Shown here one piece after another: positions 1-9,699 of a stretch of 64,000 bases of DNA. The first letter of the stretch is position 1. Each line of letters begins with the position of its first letter. The stretch comes from a bacterium (lineage in GTDB: Bacteria > Patescibacteriota > Minisyncoccia > Phycocordibacterales > UBA2100). The stretch is from assembly GCA_009924895.1 (NCBI GenBank), contig RFQR01000002.1:1368-65367 (forward strand). The letters are read 5' to 3'. Position numbers and translations under genes: made by a program. The notes beneath the pieces were generated by a model that saw only the letters and a list, made by a program, of their open reading frames with translations, ran no database searches and was not told the origin of the DNA.

Positions 1-174
1 GGACTTGCTGCAGCCGCACTCATCTCAGCGTGGCTTTCAGTTGTGCTCAAGACAGCGGTTGTGGGTATTGACCCTGCCTTCTTACTATGGAATGCGCTTA
101 TTCTTTCGTCGCTTGCTATTGCAATAAAGTTGGACTGCACATCATGTACCACCTGTGAAGTGCCAAAAGTATAG
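1..174 (+). CDS. 3' end of a membrane protein gene (partial; upstream part lies outside the window)
   Basis: Open frame from the window edge to TAG at 172-174. Hydrophobic translation (GLAAAALISAWLSVVLKTAVVG...). Confidence 0.3.
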   Translation, partial: GLAAAALISAWLSVVLKTAVVGIDPAFLLWNALILSSLAIAIKLDCTSCTTCEVPKV

Positions 175-177
175 GGT

Positions 178-480
178 ATGGACGAGCAGCGTCTCGAAGA
201 GATGTATCGCCTGGTAAAAGAAAACAATCGGATGCTCCATGCGCAGCGTCGCAACGCAGTTTGGGGAGCGATTTTCAAAGTGGTACTCTGGGCAGGATTT
301 ATCATCGTGCCCTTGTACCTGTATATGCAGTACCTCGCGCCCGTCATGCAATCAGCTCTCGATACGATGCAGCGTGTGCAGCAGGTTGGCGGGAGCGCAC
401 AAGGCCAGTTAAACAGTGCGCAAGATGCGCTTAAGAAGCTGCAAGATCAGTTAAATGCGCTTGTTCCGAAAAAGCCATAG
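178..480 (+). CDS. hypothetical small membrane protein (100 aa, one TM, C-terminal coiled-coil-like region)
   Basis: ORF track. Hydrophobic segment WGAIFKVVLWAGFIIVPLYLY. No family recognised. Confidence 0.4.
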   Translation: MDEQRLEEMYRLVKENNRMLHAQRRNAVWGAIFKVVLWAGFIIVPLYLYMQYLAPVMQSALDTMQRVQQVGGSAQGQLNSAQDALKKLQDQLNALVPKKP

Positions 481-693
481 TAGCCAAGCGCTTGCTCCGC
501 ACTAAAATCTCACAATTGATGCTTTCCAGTGCAACGTTTTTGTGGTATATAAAGATACTCACACTAAATGGTCGTTGATTTTGGGTGGGGCTTGCCTAGC
601 ACTAAATCTCAGTGCGAATGCGCAGTGAAATTGTGGCGCTGTCATTCTACGTAAGTCTATACTCGAAATACATTTCCTTTATTTTAGTAGTGG

Positions 694-766
694 GCTTGGG
701 TAACTCAGTTGGTAGAGTGCAACCCTGAAGAGGTTGAAGTCGCCGGTTCGAGCCCGGCCCCAAGCA
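694..766 (+). tRNA. tRNA-Phe (GAA)
   Basis: Cloverleaf read by eye. Acceptor gcttggg/cccaagc, D-arm agttggtaga, anticodon loop cuGAAga, T-loop ttcgagc. No encoded CCA. Confidence 0.85.
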
Positions 767-777
767 CAAACGGTTTC

Positions 778-1260
778 TTACTTACTTTTAACTTTTAGCT
801 TTGCCTGCTTTTTCTTATTGATTTTTGGGAGACGAATGACGAGAATGCCATGCTTCTCTGATGCTTCCGCGAGGTCAACATCAACTTCTTCAGGAAGGAG
901 GATGGTACGCGAGAATGACCCCCAGTATAATTCTTTTTGAAAATAGTCGTCCTCGTCCACTTCTTTTTCGTCCGTTCGGGAGCCTGTGATGGTAATCATT
1001 TCTCGCGAGAGAGATATGTCGAGTGATCCCAGCTGCACGCCGGCGATAAATGCTTTTACCACGATAGCATCTTGGGTTTGGTAGACATCTACCCCAAGTT
1101 CGCCGTCTGCTTCTTTGTCATCCCAATCGGTTGATTTTACTGAAAGATGTGAGGCCTGCTCACGCTCTGGTCCATCCTCGATGTAGTCACCGTCAGAGGA
1201 GGTACCCGTCAGTCGAGAGAAAAGAGAGGGTTTTTTTGTGGTGTCGTCACGTCCAAACAT
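778..1260 (-). CDS. Hsp20/alpha-crystallin family small heat-shock protein
   Basis: Alpha-crystallin-domain-like segment (DVYQTQDAIVVKAFIAGV...ISLSREMITITGSR...ILLPEEVD...LVIRLPK). Confidence 0.7.
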   Translation of the reverse strand: MFGRDDTTKKPSLFSRLTGTSSDGDYIEDGPEREQASHLSVKSTDWDDKEADGELGVDVYQTQDAIVVKAFIAGVQLGSLDISLSREMITITGSRTDEKEVDEDDYFQKELYWGSFSRTILLPEEVDVDLAEASEKHGILVIRLPKINKKKQAKLKVKSK

Positions 1261-1263
1261 AAT

Positions 1264-1956
1264 TTAAGAGCGCGGATGAATGCGTTTAATGTATTCTAGC
1301 ACGGCAAAGACTACGATGAGAGATATCCACACGACCGAAAACGTCCGAACGAGGTATGCTTCGGGCACATTCAGTATCAAATAGTTAAAGGTGCTATGCA
1401 CCGCAATTGCAGAGAGAATGCCAGCAATAAGCCACCAAAACTGTGCCACGCGGCTTTTGTAAAACGCAATACCGAGCGCGCAGCCGATAATAGAAGACGA
1501 AAGAACATGTAAGAGCGTCGCACCAACAAAACGCAAATCACCGGTAATAATCGTTTGTCGCAGGCTATTTCCGGCGAGAGGTGAAAGTAAGAAAAGAGTA
1601 TTCTCGAGCGCGGCAAAACCCAGTGCGGTGGCAATCATATAAATCACCGGGTCGATAGGCTCATCATCGTCACGTCGCCACAGTACGGTGATACGAGCAG
1701 AGAGATACTTACATACCTCTTCAATAGCAGACCATACAGTAAAAAGTAGTGTTGTTGTCGGGATAAGTGGCGCAACGGCTTTCTGCAGGGGGATAACGCA
1801 GGCGACAGTCAGCATCCCACCCAAAAATGCAAGCGCAATCAGATAGCGTGGCTCCGGATGTTCTCGGTCTTCACGTCGCCAAAACCAGAGCCATGCAAGA
1901 GAGGGAAAAAACCCGCCAGCAAGAGCGACTATGACGGGTTCAAATGCAAAATCCAT
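1264..1956 (-). CDS. PrsW-like intramembrane metalloprotease family membrane protein
   Basis: Polytopic membrane protein carrying EExxK (AIEEVCKYL) and FxxxH (VHSTFN) motifs typical of PrsW/CPBP-type proteases. Confidence 0.45.
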   Translation of the reverse strand: MDFAFEPVIVALAGGFFPSLAWLWFWRREDREHPEPRYLIALAFLGGMLTVACVIPLQKAVAPLIPTTTLLFTVWSAIEEVCKYLSARITVLWRRDDDEPIDPVIYMIATALGFAALENTLFLLSPLAGNSLRQTIITGDLRFVGATLLHVLSSSIIGCALGIAFYKSRVAQFWWLIAGILSAIAVHSTFNYLILNVPEAYLVRTFSVVWISLIVVFAVLEYIKRIHPRS

Positions 1957-2071
1957 TCGTTCTATTTTACCACTGCTTTACCCCGCACTAAAATCGACGG
2001 GGTGACTTTGCTGTGTAAGAAAATCAAACCTCACAAGCTGATATTTTGTGGTAACGAGAGTCCTGAGATTT

Positions 2072-4291
2072 TTAGTGCTGGGGCCAGCTCGCAACCATAA
2101 GAACTTCACTTTCCTTTGTGGGCAGCTTTTGCCAGATAGTTTCGGTCACAAACGGCATGAATGGGTGCAGAGCTTTGACTGACATTATGAGGATTTCATT
2201 GAGTGCACGAGCACGTGAGTTTCGTACAACAACATCTTCGCCCTTGAGGATTGGCTTTGATGCTTCGATAATTTCAGAAGCAAAACGATCCCACACGTAG
2301 TGATACAGAGCGTCTGCGGCGAGGTCGAGTCGGAACTGATCCATGTTTTTGGAGACGGCAGCGATAACGAGTTGTGCCTCGGTGATGAGTGCGCTGTCTT
2401 CGGAGTTCATCTCCGCTTTGATATCTGCTCCTGCACAACTCTCAAGCACGAAACGCGTGATGTTCCAAAGTTTATTTGCAAAGTGTTTGTATCCACGTAC
2501 ACGGTCTTCTGAGAGTTTCAAATCATTTCCTGGTTGAGCACCAATGATGAGCGAGAGGCGGGTAGCGTCAGCGCCGTACTTTTTCACCATGTCGAGTGGG
2601 TCAATGATGTTGCCGAGCGATTTTGACATCTTGCGTCCCTGACCATCACGCACGAGTCCGTGGAGATAGACATCCCGAAACGGTACCTGACCGGTGAGAC
2701 ATCCCGACATGAGGATCATGCGTGCAACCCAAAAGAAAAGGATGTCGTATCCAGTTTCGAGGACGGAGGTGGGGTGGAAGCGTTTGAAGTCATCAGTATT
2801 GTCGGGCCAACCGAGCGTCGAGAAGGTCCAGAGGCCTGAAGAGAACCACGTATCGAGCGTGTCTGGGTCTTGTTCCCAGCCTTCGCCTGGTGAATCAACT
2901 TGTACACGTATTTCATCTCCCTTAAACCATGCAGGAATGCGGTGACCAAACCAAATCTGGCGTGAAATGCACCAGTCGCGCAAGTTATCAATCCAATGGT
3001 GATACACGCGCTCGAATCGCTCAGGAGCAATACGAATCTGTCGCGTTTCAACAACATGACGCATCATTGCCTTGAGTGTTGTTTTTGAGCCCGACGCGAT
3101 TCCTTCAATTTCAGAATGGGGAAGGGTGAACTCTTTGTTTACGGCAACAAACCACTGCTGCTTTATTTGTGGCTCGATAGTTCCACCACCACGACTGTTG
3201 GTCGCGATGTTGTGGACGTATGCTTCGTCTACTTTTACGACGAGTCCTTTTGCTTTGAGTTTTTCAACAATCACTGCGCGAGCCTTTTTGATATGTTGCC
3301 CTGCAAACTCACCGGCAATAGGGAGAAGAATGCCGCGCTCATCGATTACTTGCTCGACGTCGAGGTTGTGGCGCTGAGCAATTTCAAAGTCGATCATTGA
3401 GTGTGACGGGGTGATAGTCATTACGCCAGAACCCACTTCCATTTGTGCAGCCTCGTCTTTAATGACCGTTGCGCTGATTGGCCCGTTAATCCATTCGAGG
3501 TCAATTTTCTGTCCGTGTTTAAATTCCGCGTAGCGTGCATCGTCGGGGTGCATGACGACATACTTGTCGCCGAATTTTGTTTCGGGGCGGACGGTACCAA
3601 TAACAAATGGTCCGTATTGGAAATAATAGAACGGGTCTTTCTGCTCCACGTATTCAATCTCATCATCAGAAACAGTGGTCTGGAGTTTTGGGTCCCAGTT
3701 CACAATACGATTACCGCGATAAATAAGTCCGAGCTCGTACATACGCACAAACGCAGTCATGACTGCTTTGTAACGCGGTTCGTCGAGTGTGTAAGCATAG
3801 CGACTCCAATCGAGTGATGCACCCATAGCACGCACCTGGCTAATGATGGTGTTTTTACTTTCTTCTGCAAATGTGCTCACCCGCTTCAAAAGCTCTTCAC
3901 GGCCAAGGTCATAGCGGGTGAGTTTTTCTTTTTTATAAATCTCACCTTCAACTTTTGATTGCGTTGCAATTGCCGCTGAATCGGTGCCCGGTATCCAAAG
4001 CGTGCGCTTGCCTTGCATGCGTGCGTAGCGAACCAAGATGTCTTCGACGGCAAGCATTGCCGCATGACCCATGTGGAGTGTGCCGGTCACGTTTGGTGGA
4101 GGGAGCACAATTGTGTAGCCTTCAGCATTTGCCTTGGTAACACCTTTTTCGACACAGACATCAGGATTGGTAAAACCACTTTCGTTCCACAGTTTTATTG
4201 TAGCCCCCTCGGCTTCTTCGGGGTTGTAGGGCTTCATGAATGCTTCTGGAATACCGCGATTTTCCTTCCCGCCCGATATTTTTGTGGTCAT
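2072..4291 (-). CDS. valS: valine--tRNA ligase (short form, 739 aa, no C-terminal coiled coil)
   Basis: Class I aaRS HIGH motif in a ValRS-type context (PPPNVTGTLHMGHA). KMSKS present. Editing-domain-sized insertion. Confidence 0.9.
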   Translation of the reverse strand: MTTKISGGKENRGIPEAFMKPYNPEEAEGATIKLWNESGFTNPDVCVEKGVTKANAEGYTIVLPPPNVTGTLHMGHAAMLAVEDILVRYARMQGKRTLWIPGTDSAAIATQSKVEGEIYKKEKLTRYDLGREELLKRVSTFAEESKNTIISQVRAMGASLDWSRYAYTLDEPRYKAVMTAFVRMYELGLIYRGNRIVNWDPKLQTTVSDDEIEYVEQKDPFYYFQYGPFVIGTVRPETKFGDKYVVMHPDDARYAEFKHGQKIDLEWINGPISATVIKDEAAQMEVGSGVMTITPSHSMIDFEIAQRHNLDVEQVIDERGILLPIAGEFAGQHIKKARAVIVEKLKAKGLVVKVDEAYVHNIATNSRGGGTIEPQIKQQWFVAVNKEFTLPHSEIEGIASGSKTTLKAMMRHVVETRQIRIAPERFERVYHHWIDNLRDWCISRQIWFGHRIPAWFKGDEIRVQVDSPGEGWEQDPDTLDTWFSSGLWTFSTLGWPDNTDDFKRFHPTSVLETGYDILFFWVARMILMSGCLTGQVPFRDVYLHGLVRDGQGRKMSKSLGNIIDPLDMVKKYGADATRLSLIIGAQPGNDLKLSEDRVRGYKHFANKLWNITRFVLESCAGADIKAEMNSEDSALITEAQLVIAAVSKNMDQFRLDLAADALYHYVWDRFASEIIEASKPILKGEDVVVRNSRARALNEILIMSVKALHPFMPFVTETIWQKLPTKESEVLMVASWPQH

Positions 4292-4533
4292 AGTGGGTAC
4301 TGAGAGTATATCGAAAAGTTGGTCATTTGCGTAGTCGAGTCAGCGGCGAAAATATCGAGGTGGGGAGCCATATTTTTAGGATAGCACAGAGGGTTGGAGG
4401 AGGGGACTTGACAATATATTTTTATAATTTATACTAGAAGCAAGTTGGAACGTGCCTGGTCCACCCTATGAGACCAGGACGTATACAGGAGTAAATGGAG
4501 TCCAGCCTCCTCTCCTCTTGTAGGGTGGCACAT

Positions 4534-4567
4534 TATTGTGCCACCCTTTTGTTTTTTATAGTCTTGC
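4534..4567 (+). terminator. intrinsic terminator (hairpin gggtggcacattattgtgccaccc plus T-tract) on the + strand
   Basis: 10-bp GC-rich stem, 4-nt loop, followed by ttttgtttttt. Overlaps the tsaD stop codon on the opposite strand. Confidence 0.6.
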
Positions 4568-5742
4568 ATTCCCTTGTGCCACGATGCCCAAACCGCCTGT
4601 AGGCGGATTTTTTGTTGCTTGAAAATAGCCAGCGAGCGCAATCATGACCGCATTGTCGGTAGAGAGCCCTGGTGCAGGGAAAAGTACTGGTACTTTGGAC
4701 TCTTCAGTAAGTCGTGAGCGCAAGTATGAATTTGCAGCGACGCCGCCACCTACCAAGATGCATTGTGCTCCGTGCTCTTCTGTTGCACGTAGAGTTTTCG
4801 AAACGAGTACATCCACAATCGATTCTTCGGTTTCTCGTGCGATGTCTGCGCGCATTTCGTCAGAGAGCGGCTGGTGTTGCTCAATTAATTTTCGTGCGGC
4901 AGTTTTGAGACCAGAAAAAGAAAAGTCGTAATCACCTGAATCTTTCATGCCACGAGGTAGAGTGGTGTGTTTCGTTTTTCCGCGCGCGAGAGAAGCAAGT
5001 TTTGAAATCTCAATGCCACCAGGATAGGGTAAATCTAAAATGCGCGCGATTTTATCAAACGCTTCACCGGCAGCGTCATCGCGTGTCTCGCCGAGCATCT
5101 GATAGTCGTCAAAGTTTTTTACTAACTGCAACTCAGTGTGACCGCCAGAGACAAGAAGTGCGAGTGCGGGTATCTCGAATTCTTTCTTGATACTTGAAAC
5201 TTGATACTTGTTATTTTCGCCAACAACGGAGGCGACTATGTGTCCCTCCATGTGGTTTATTGGGACTAATGGAATCTGCCACGACATCGAAAGCGCTTTT
5301 GCAAAGTTGATACCCGGCCACAGTGCGGGTTCGAGCCCGGGGCCAAAGGTCACAGCGATTGTGTCAATATCTGGTTTTGCATGAGTCTGTAAAAATTGTG
5401 TTACCTGTGGCAGTAGTTCACTTTCGCGCTCTAAAACCCTCTCAATATCCTCCCAAGGGGTACCCTTGGTATTTACCAAGGGTACCCCTTGGTGTGGAGT
5501 GACCGGTATGAGTATGTGCGCTTCAGTCAGTGCTTGCACCAAAAGTGGCACCAAGTTTTTTTGGTGTTCTCGCTTAGCGAGGTTGGGGAAGACGCCACCG
5601 TAAGGCGCATGGAGTGCTGCTTGTGAAAACAAGGCGTTGCCTACAATGGTATAAGAAAAGTCGGTATTAAAATTTCCCGTGCACTCAAGTACACAAACCG
5701 CTGTTTCGTCGCAACTTGTCTCAATCCCCAGGATTCTCATAT
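4556..5742 (-). CDS. tsaD: tRNA N6-adenosine threonylcarbamoyltransferase TsaD (Kae1/Gcp family), ~395 aa with an internal insertion
   Basis: N-terminus MRILGIETSCDETAV at the internal start. The upstream extension in the ORF track is unlikely. Conserved Gcp core motifs. Contains an insertion that carries a palindrome. Confidence 0.85.
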
Positions 5743-5784
5743 TGTTTGAATAGATTTCACTACCATAGCGCATAATGAGGAGAT

Positions 5785-7569
5785 ATGGAATCTTCGAAGA
5801 TAATCGCACCGCCCCAAGCGGTCTTACGGCGCTATATGCGAGCATCGTTACGGTACCCATTTCTTCTCGTGGGAGCACTCCTTGCACCGATTGGACTCCA
5901 GCTTACCGCACTCGCGACTCCGTGGTACATGCGGCATTTTTTCAATTTACTCGCTGAGCCGGTGGGAACCGTAAGTCGTGGAGAGTTTTTACATCTAATA
6001 TATATCATCGCAGGTATATCGCTTTTGGGGTGGGCGATGCGGCGGTGGCGTGGATGGAGTCAGGTGTATTTGGAAGTACACGTTCTTCAAAATTTAGGAC
6101 AAGAGGCGTTTGCCTACCTGCTTGACCACTCAGCACACTTTTTCTCGTCGCAATTCTCGGGCACGCTTACTCGTCGCGTGACGAAGTACAAGGATGCGTT
6201 TGAGACACTCTTCGATACTCTGGTAATGACCGCGATACCGCTCGTCGTGTTTTTGTTGGGTGCGTGTATCGTCCTTTTCATTCGAAATCCCGTTCTGGGC
6301 CTCGTGTTTGCGGCATGGTGTCTGCTTGCTATTTTGTTTCAGATTCTCGTGACGCAGTGGCGTCAGCCACTACGCGAAATGCGAGCCGTTGCGGATAGTG
6401 CGGTTGTCGGAACGATTGCCGACAGCGTATCAAATCAGAATACTGTGACTCTTTTTTCGGGCACCACGCATGAATCAGGTCGATTCCATGAGGTGCTTGA
6501 GACATGGCGCAAGGCAACACTCAAATCATGGGTTGCCGATGAGAACATCTGGAATGTGCAAGGTTTCCTCATGATCGCAGTAAATATCGGCATGCTCTAT
6601 GGCGCATATCATTTTTGGACGTTAGGCCAGCTGCAGGTGGGTGACTTTGTGCTCATTCAGTCATACCTCATTGGTACCTTTGATCAGATTATGAATATGA
6701 ATCGCGAGTTACGACGCGTGTATGACGCATTTGCCGACGCGGGAGAGATGGTAGCGATTCTTGATAAGCCGCACGGTATTGCCGATGGGACGGGGGCAAA
6801 AATACTACAAGTAACTAAGGGCACTATTTGTTTTAATGACGTATCATTTTATTTTCATAATGATCGGCCCATTTTGCAGAATCTTTCTGTTGTCATTCCT
6901 GGGGGACAGAAAGTTGCTCTTGTTGGGCCGTCAGGTGCGGGCAAATCGACAATCACTAAACTACTGCTACGACTCTATGATGTGACAGGCGGGGAGGTAT
7001 TGATTGATGAACAGTCAGTACGCGGCGTGACGCAAAATAGTTTGCGCAACGCGATCGGTTTTGTGCCACAAGAACCGGTTCTCTTTCACCGCACGCTTTT
7101 AGAAAATATTCGATACGGTAAGCGTGATGCAACGGACGCAGAAGTAATTGATGCTGCAAAGAAAGCGCACTGCGATGAGTTTATTCAGAATCTTCCCAAA
7201 AAGTATGAGACTCTTGTGGGGGAGCGCGGGGTGCGCCTCTCGGGTGGCGAGCGTCAGCGTGTTGCGATCGCACGCGCCATCTTGAAAAATGCACCGATTC
7301 TGGTCTTGGACGAAGCAACCTCAAGTCTTGATTCTGAATCAGAGGCCTTGATTCAAGATTCGCTTAAGGTCCTGATGGAGGGAAAGACAGTGATTGTGAT
7401 TGCACACCGGCTCTCGACCATTACTTCGATGGATCGTGTGTTAGTGATTGAAAGTGGGAAAGTTGAAGCCGATGGTACGCATGCGGAATTGCTTGCGCGA
7501 GATGGTCTCTATCAGCGTCTATGGAGTATTCAGGCAGGCGGGTTCATTCCCGAAGAAGGGGAGGAATAG
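5785..7569 (+). CDS. ABC transporter, fused permease/ATP-binding exporter (MsbA/ABCB-like)
   Basis: Six-TM N-terminal domain. Walker A GPSGAGKST, ABC signature LSGGERQRVAIARA, Walker B ILVLDEATS. Confidence 0.85.
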   Translation: MESSKIIAPPQAVLRRYMRASLRYPFLLVGALLAPIGLQLTALATPWYMRHFFNLLAEPVGTVSRGEFLHLIYIIAGISLLGWAMRRWRGWSQVYLEVHVLQNLGQEAFAYLLDHSAHFFSSQFSGTLTRRVTKYKDAFETLFDTLVMTAIPLVVFLLGACIVLFIRNPVLGLVFAAWCLLAILFQILVTQWRQPLREMRAVADSAVVGTIADSVSNQNTVTLFSGTTHESGRFHEVLETWRKATLKSWVADENIWNVQGFLMIAVNIGMLYGAYHFWTLGQLQVGDFVLIQSYLIGTFDQIMNMNRELRRVYDAFADAGEMVAILDKPHGIADGTGAKILQVTKGTICFNDVSFYFHNDRPILQNLSVVIPGGQKVALVGPSGAGKSTITKLLLRLYDVTGGEVLIDEQSVRGVTQNSLRNAIGFVPQEPVLFHRTLLENIRYGKRDATDAEVIDAAKKAHCDEFIQNLPKKYETLVGERGVRLSGGERQRVAIARAILKNAPILVLDEATSSLDSESEALIQDSLKVLMEGKTVIVIAHRLSTITSMDRVLVIESGKVEADGTHAELLARDGLYQRLWSIQAGGFIPEEGEE

Positions 7570-7734
7570 AGAATCTTCGTATAAAAAGGGTGACATAGTT
7601 GTGGGATTGGGTAAGAGCTTGAAATGTTGTTGTTTGTGGTCAAAAATATTTTGCTCGTCGTCACTCACAAAATTTTTCGACCCTGACTCGCGGCTCGCTC
7701 TGCTGAGCTCGCAATGCTCCGTCTCGCACCGCAG

Positions 7735-7766
7735 CAAAAAAGACTGGCGCAGGCCAGTCTTTTTTG
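7735..7766. terminator. bidirectional intrinsic terminator (A-tract, gactggc-gcag-gccagtc hairpin, T-tract)
   Basis: aaaaaagactggcgcaggccagtctttttt lies between the ABC exporter and the convergent tRNA-Val. Confidence 0.65.
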
Positions 7767-7772
7767 TCTCGG

Positions 7773-7845
7773 TGCGCGGTGAGGGATTTGAACCCCCGAC
7801 ATCTACAACGTCAATGTAGCGCTCTACCAACTGAGCTAACCGCGC
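7773..7845 (-). tRNA. tRNA-Val (GAC)
   Basis: Reverse complement gives gcgcggttagctcagttggtagagcgctacattGACgttgtag...ggttcaaatccctcaccgcgca. Anticodon loop uuGACgu. Confidence 0.85.
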
Positions 7846-7947
7846 ATTACTTCGCGATTATATCCGGTATCATCCACCGAAGCTAACCGCGCGGTATTTT
7901 GTCCCGACACTATAGCAGAAAAGCGAAAATTTCGGTAGCATGGTGCG

Positions 7948-8580
7948 ATGCTCATGCGTAATCTAACCTCGACCACACACTCGGTTGTAGTACAAGAAGC
8001 CGCCGCTGCTCTCAAAAAAGGCGGTGTTGTTTTGTATCCGACTGACACGCTCTACGGGCTCGGAGCAGATGCATTTTCAAACACTGCAGTTGATAAGATA
8101 TATGCAGTTAAGGAGCGTAAAGATGACAAGCCAATTCATGCCATCGTTTCGGACCTAGGAATGGCGGGAAAGTATGGATACATAGATGACCGGATTCGCA
8201 AAATTGCAACCGAATTACCCATGGGGAAGATTACATTTATTGTAAAAAAACGTGTGGGGGTTACGGGTGGCATCATGCGGGGTATGAAGACCTTTGGCTT
8301 TCGTATTCCTGACAATCGCTTTTGCCAAGACATGATTCGGGTATTTGGAAAACCAATTACAGCGACGAGCGCAAATGCGAGTGGCTACCCACCACAAAAC
8401 TCAATCGGCCCTATTTTTATACAAATTGGCAAAAATGCCGGTCTCATTGACGTGGCAGTCAATGCGGGGGAATTGCCAGAATCAAAACCGTCAACGGTGA
8501 TTGATTGCACAGGCAAGGAGTTAAAGATTTTGAGGGAGGGTGTGGTGAGTTCTGGCACCATTCAAGATGCTCTCTTGTGA
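7948..8580 (+). CDS. tsaC: L-threonylcarbamoyladenylate synthase (TsaC/YrdC/Sua5 family)
   Basis: YrdC-domain motifs VVLYPTDTLYGLGADAF and SANASG. Confidence 0.85.
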   Translation: MLMRNLTSTTHSVVVQEAAAALKKGGVVLYPTDTLYGLGADAFSNTAVDKIYAVKERKDDKPIHAIVSDLGMAGKYGYIDDRIRKIATELPMGKITFIVKKRVGVTGGIMRGMKTFGFRIPDNRFCQDMIRVFGKPITATSANASGYPPQNSIGPIFIQIGKNAGLIDVAVNAGELPESKPSTVIDCTGKELKILREGVVSSGTIQDALL

Positions 8581-8610
8581 GTTTTGAAATAGGTCTGTAC
8601 TATCATTAGT

Positions 8611-9339
8611 ATGGTTTTAAACTCACTTGGTCGCAACAAATCTTTGCCTAAGGGCAGTGATTATTTGGCAATCGAAAGAGGTCGTTTGCTCAAAGATGCA
8701 AGAAAGGTAGATAGGGAACTTAGAAGAGAGCTATTTTTTGAGTTCTTTGTCGTTACCAAAATGTTTGAACGTTTTGAGAATGATCTTGCTAAGCTTGATG
8801 TGGAGCAGGCGCAGGCTGACGAAATAATGCTTGGCGCTAAAGATCTTTCCAAGAAAGAGATATATGCAGCCTTGTCGTACCCCCACGAACTTCGTGAGCG
8901 TTTTCTAAAAAAAATACTGGATAGAGTTTCTTCGGGGGAAATCAGACCGAAAGGGCTCTTAAGGGAAATGTCGCGAATCGCTCAGAGAAATGGTTACAGC
9001 GTCGGTTTTCATATGTCAAAGTTTGACATACGCGAGTCTGGTAAGGGGTGGGCGGTGATAGGAAGAGAGCAGGATCACCGTGATGATGATTTGCCGATGG
9101 CTTACTATTCTCGAGAATTCAAACATCTCTACAGAAGGAAGCTAACAAACTATATGTATATCGTGAGGGCTGAAGATATGCATCGTGTCGGTGCTGATGG
9201 TAAATGGTGGCGCGCCCCCTCTCTTTCTATTGTCCAGCAAATTTCGGTTGATGAGCTGAGAAAAGGATTGGATGATCTTGACCTGGAAATGCGCTCGCAA
9301 GCACGAGAGGAAGGTGCGCCGATGGACGAAGAAGAATAA
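8611..9339 (+). CDS. hypothetical protein (242 aa, charged/helical, acidic C-terminus)
   Basis: ORF with a plausible start. No recognisable family. Confidence 0.45.
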   Translation: MVLNSLGRNKSLPKGSDYLAIERGRLLKDARKVDRELRRELFFEFFVVTKMFERFENDLAKLDVEQAQADEIMLGAKDLSKKEIYAALSYPHELRERFLKKILDRVSSGEIRPKGLLREMSRIAQRNGYSVGFHMSKFDIRESGKGWAVIGREQDHRDDDLPMAYYSREFKHLYRRKLTNYMYIVRAEDMHRVGADGKWWRAPSLSIVQQISVDELRKGLDDLDLEMRSQAREEGAPMDEEE

Positions 9340-9345
9340 ATTTTC

Positions 9346-9372
9346 AGGGGCGCATATGTGCGCCCCTGTTCT
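9346..9372 (+). terminator. intrinsic terminator hairpin aggggcgcatatgtgcgcccct
   Basis: Perfect 9-bp stem directly after the stop codon of the 8611..9339 ORF. Confidence 0.6.
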
Positions 9373-9699
9373 ACGTTCTGCCCACCAAGCAGGTGATAAG
9401 AGCTGCACGCTCCATCCCCAGTCTTATCACCCAGCTCCATAATTCTGATACGTCAGGTCGATCGCTTATCTCTTGTACACTTTTTTCACTTGATGTTGTA
9501 ATGGCGCGGTGCAAGATGCGTGCTTTTGTTATGTCCTCGACGTTCACTGTGTTGCTGAGTGTAATAGGTGCGAGATGGGGGTTTTCGCGACATGTTCTGA
9601 CATGGTGTACGAACTGATTCCAGTCCATTGACGACTCCTGTGTCTACTTTTTATCAAATTTAATTATAACACATTGCTAATAAAGTGCAACTCATACTT

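Noticed and set aside
2118-3817. Multiple 60-124-aa ORFs on both strands inside the valS coding region (e.g. 2716..3057, 3072..3377, 3443..3817)
   Set aside because: They are fully nested in a long, motif-verified ValRS gene. They are low-complexity antisense or off-frame translations with no start or RBS context of their own.
7448-7830. ORFs 7448..7819 (+) and 7519..7830 (-) spanning the terminator and tRNA-Val
   Set aside because: They overlap a well-formed tRNA and a hairpin terminator. The translations are low-complexity.
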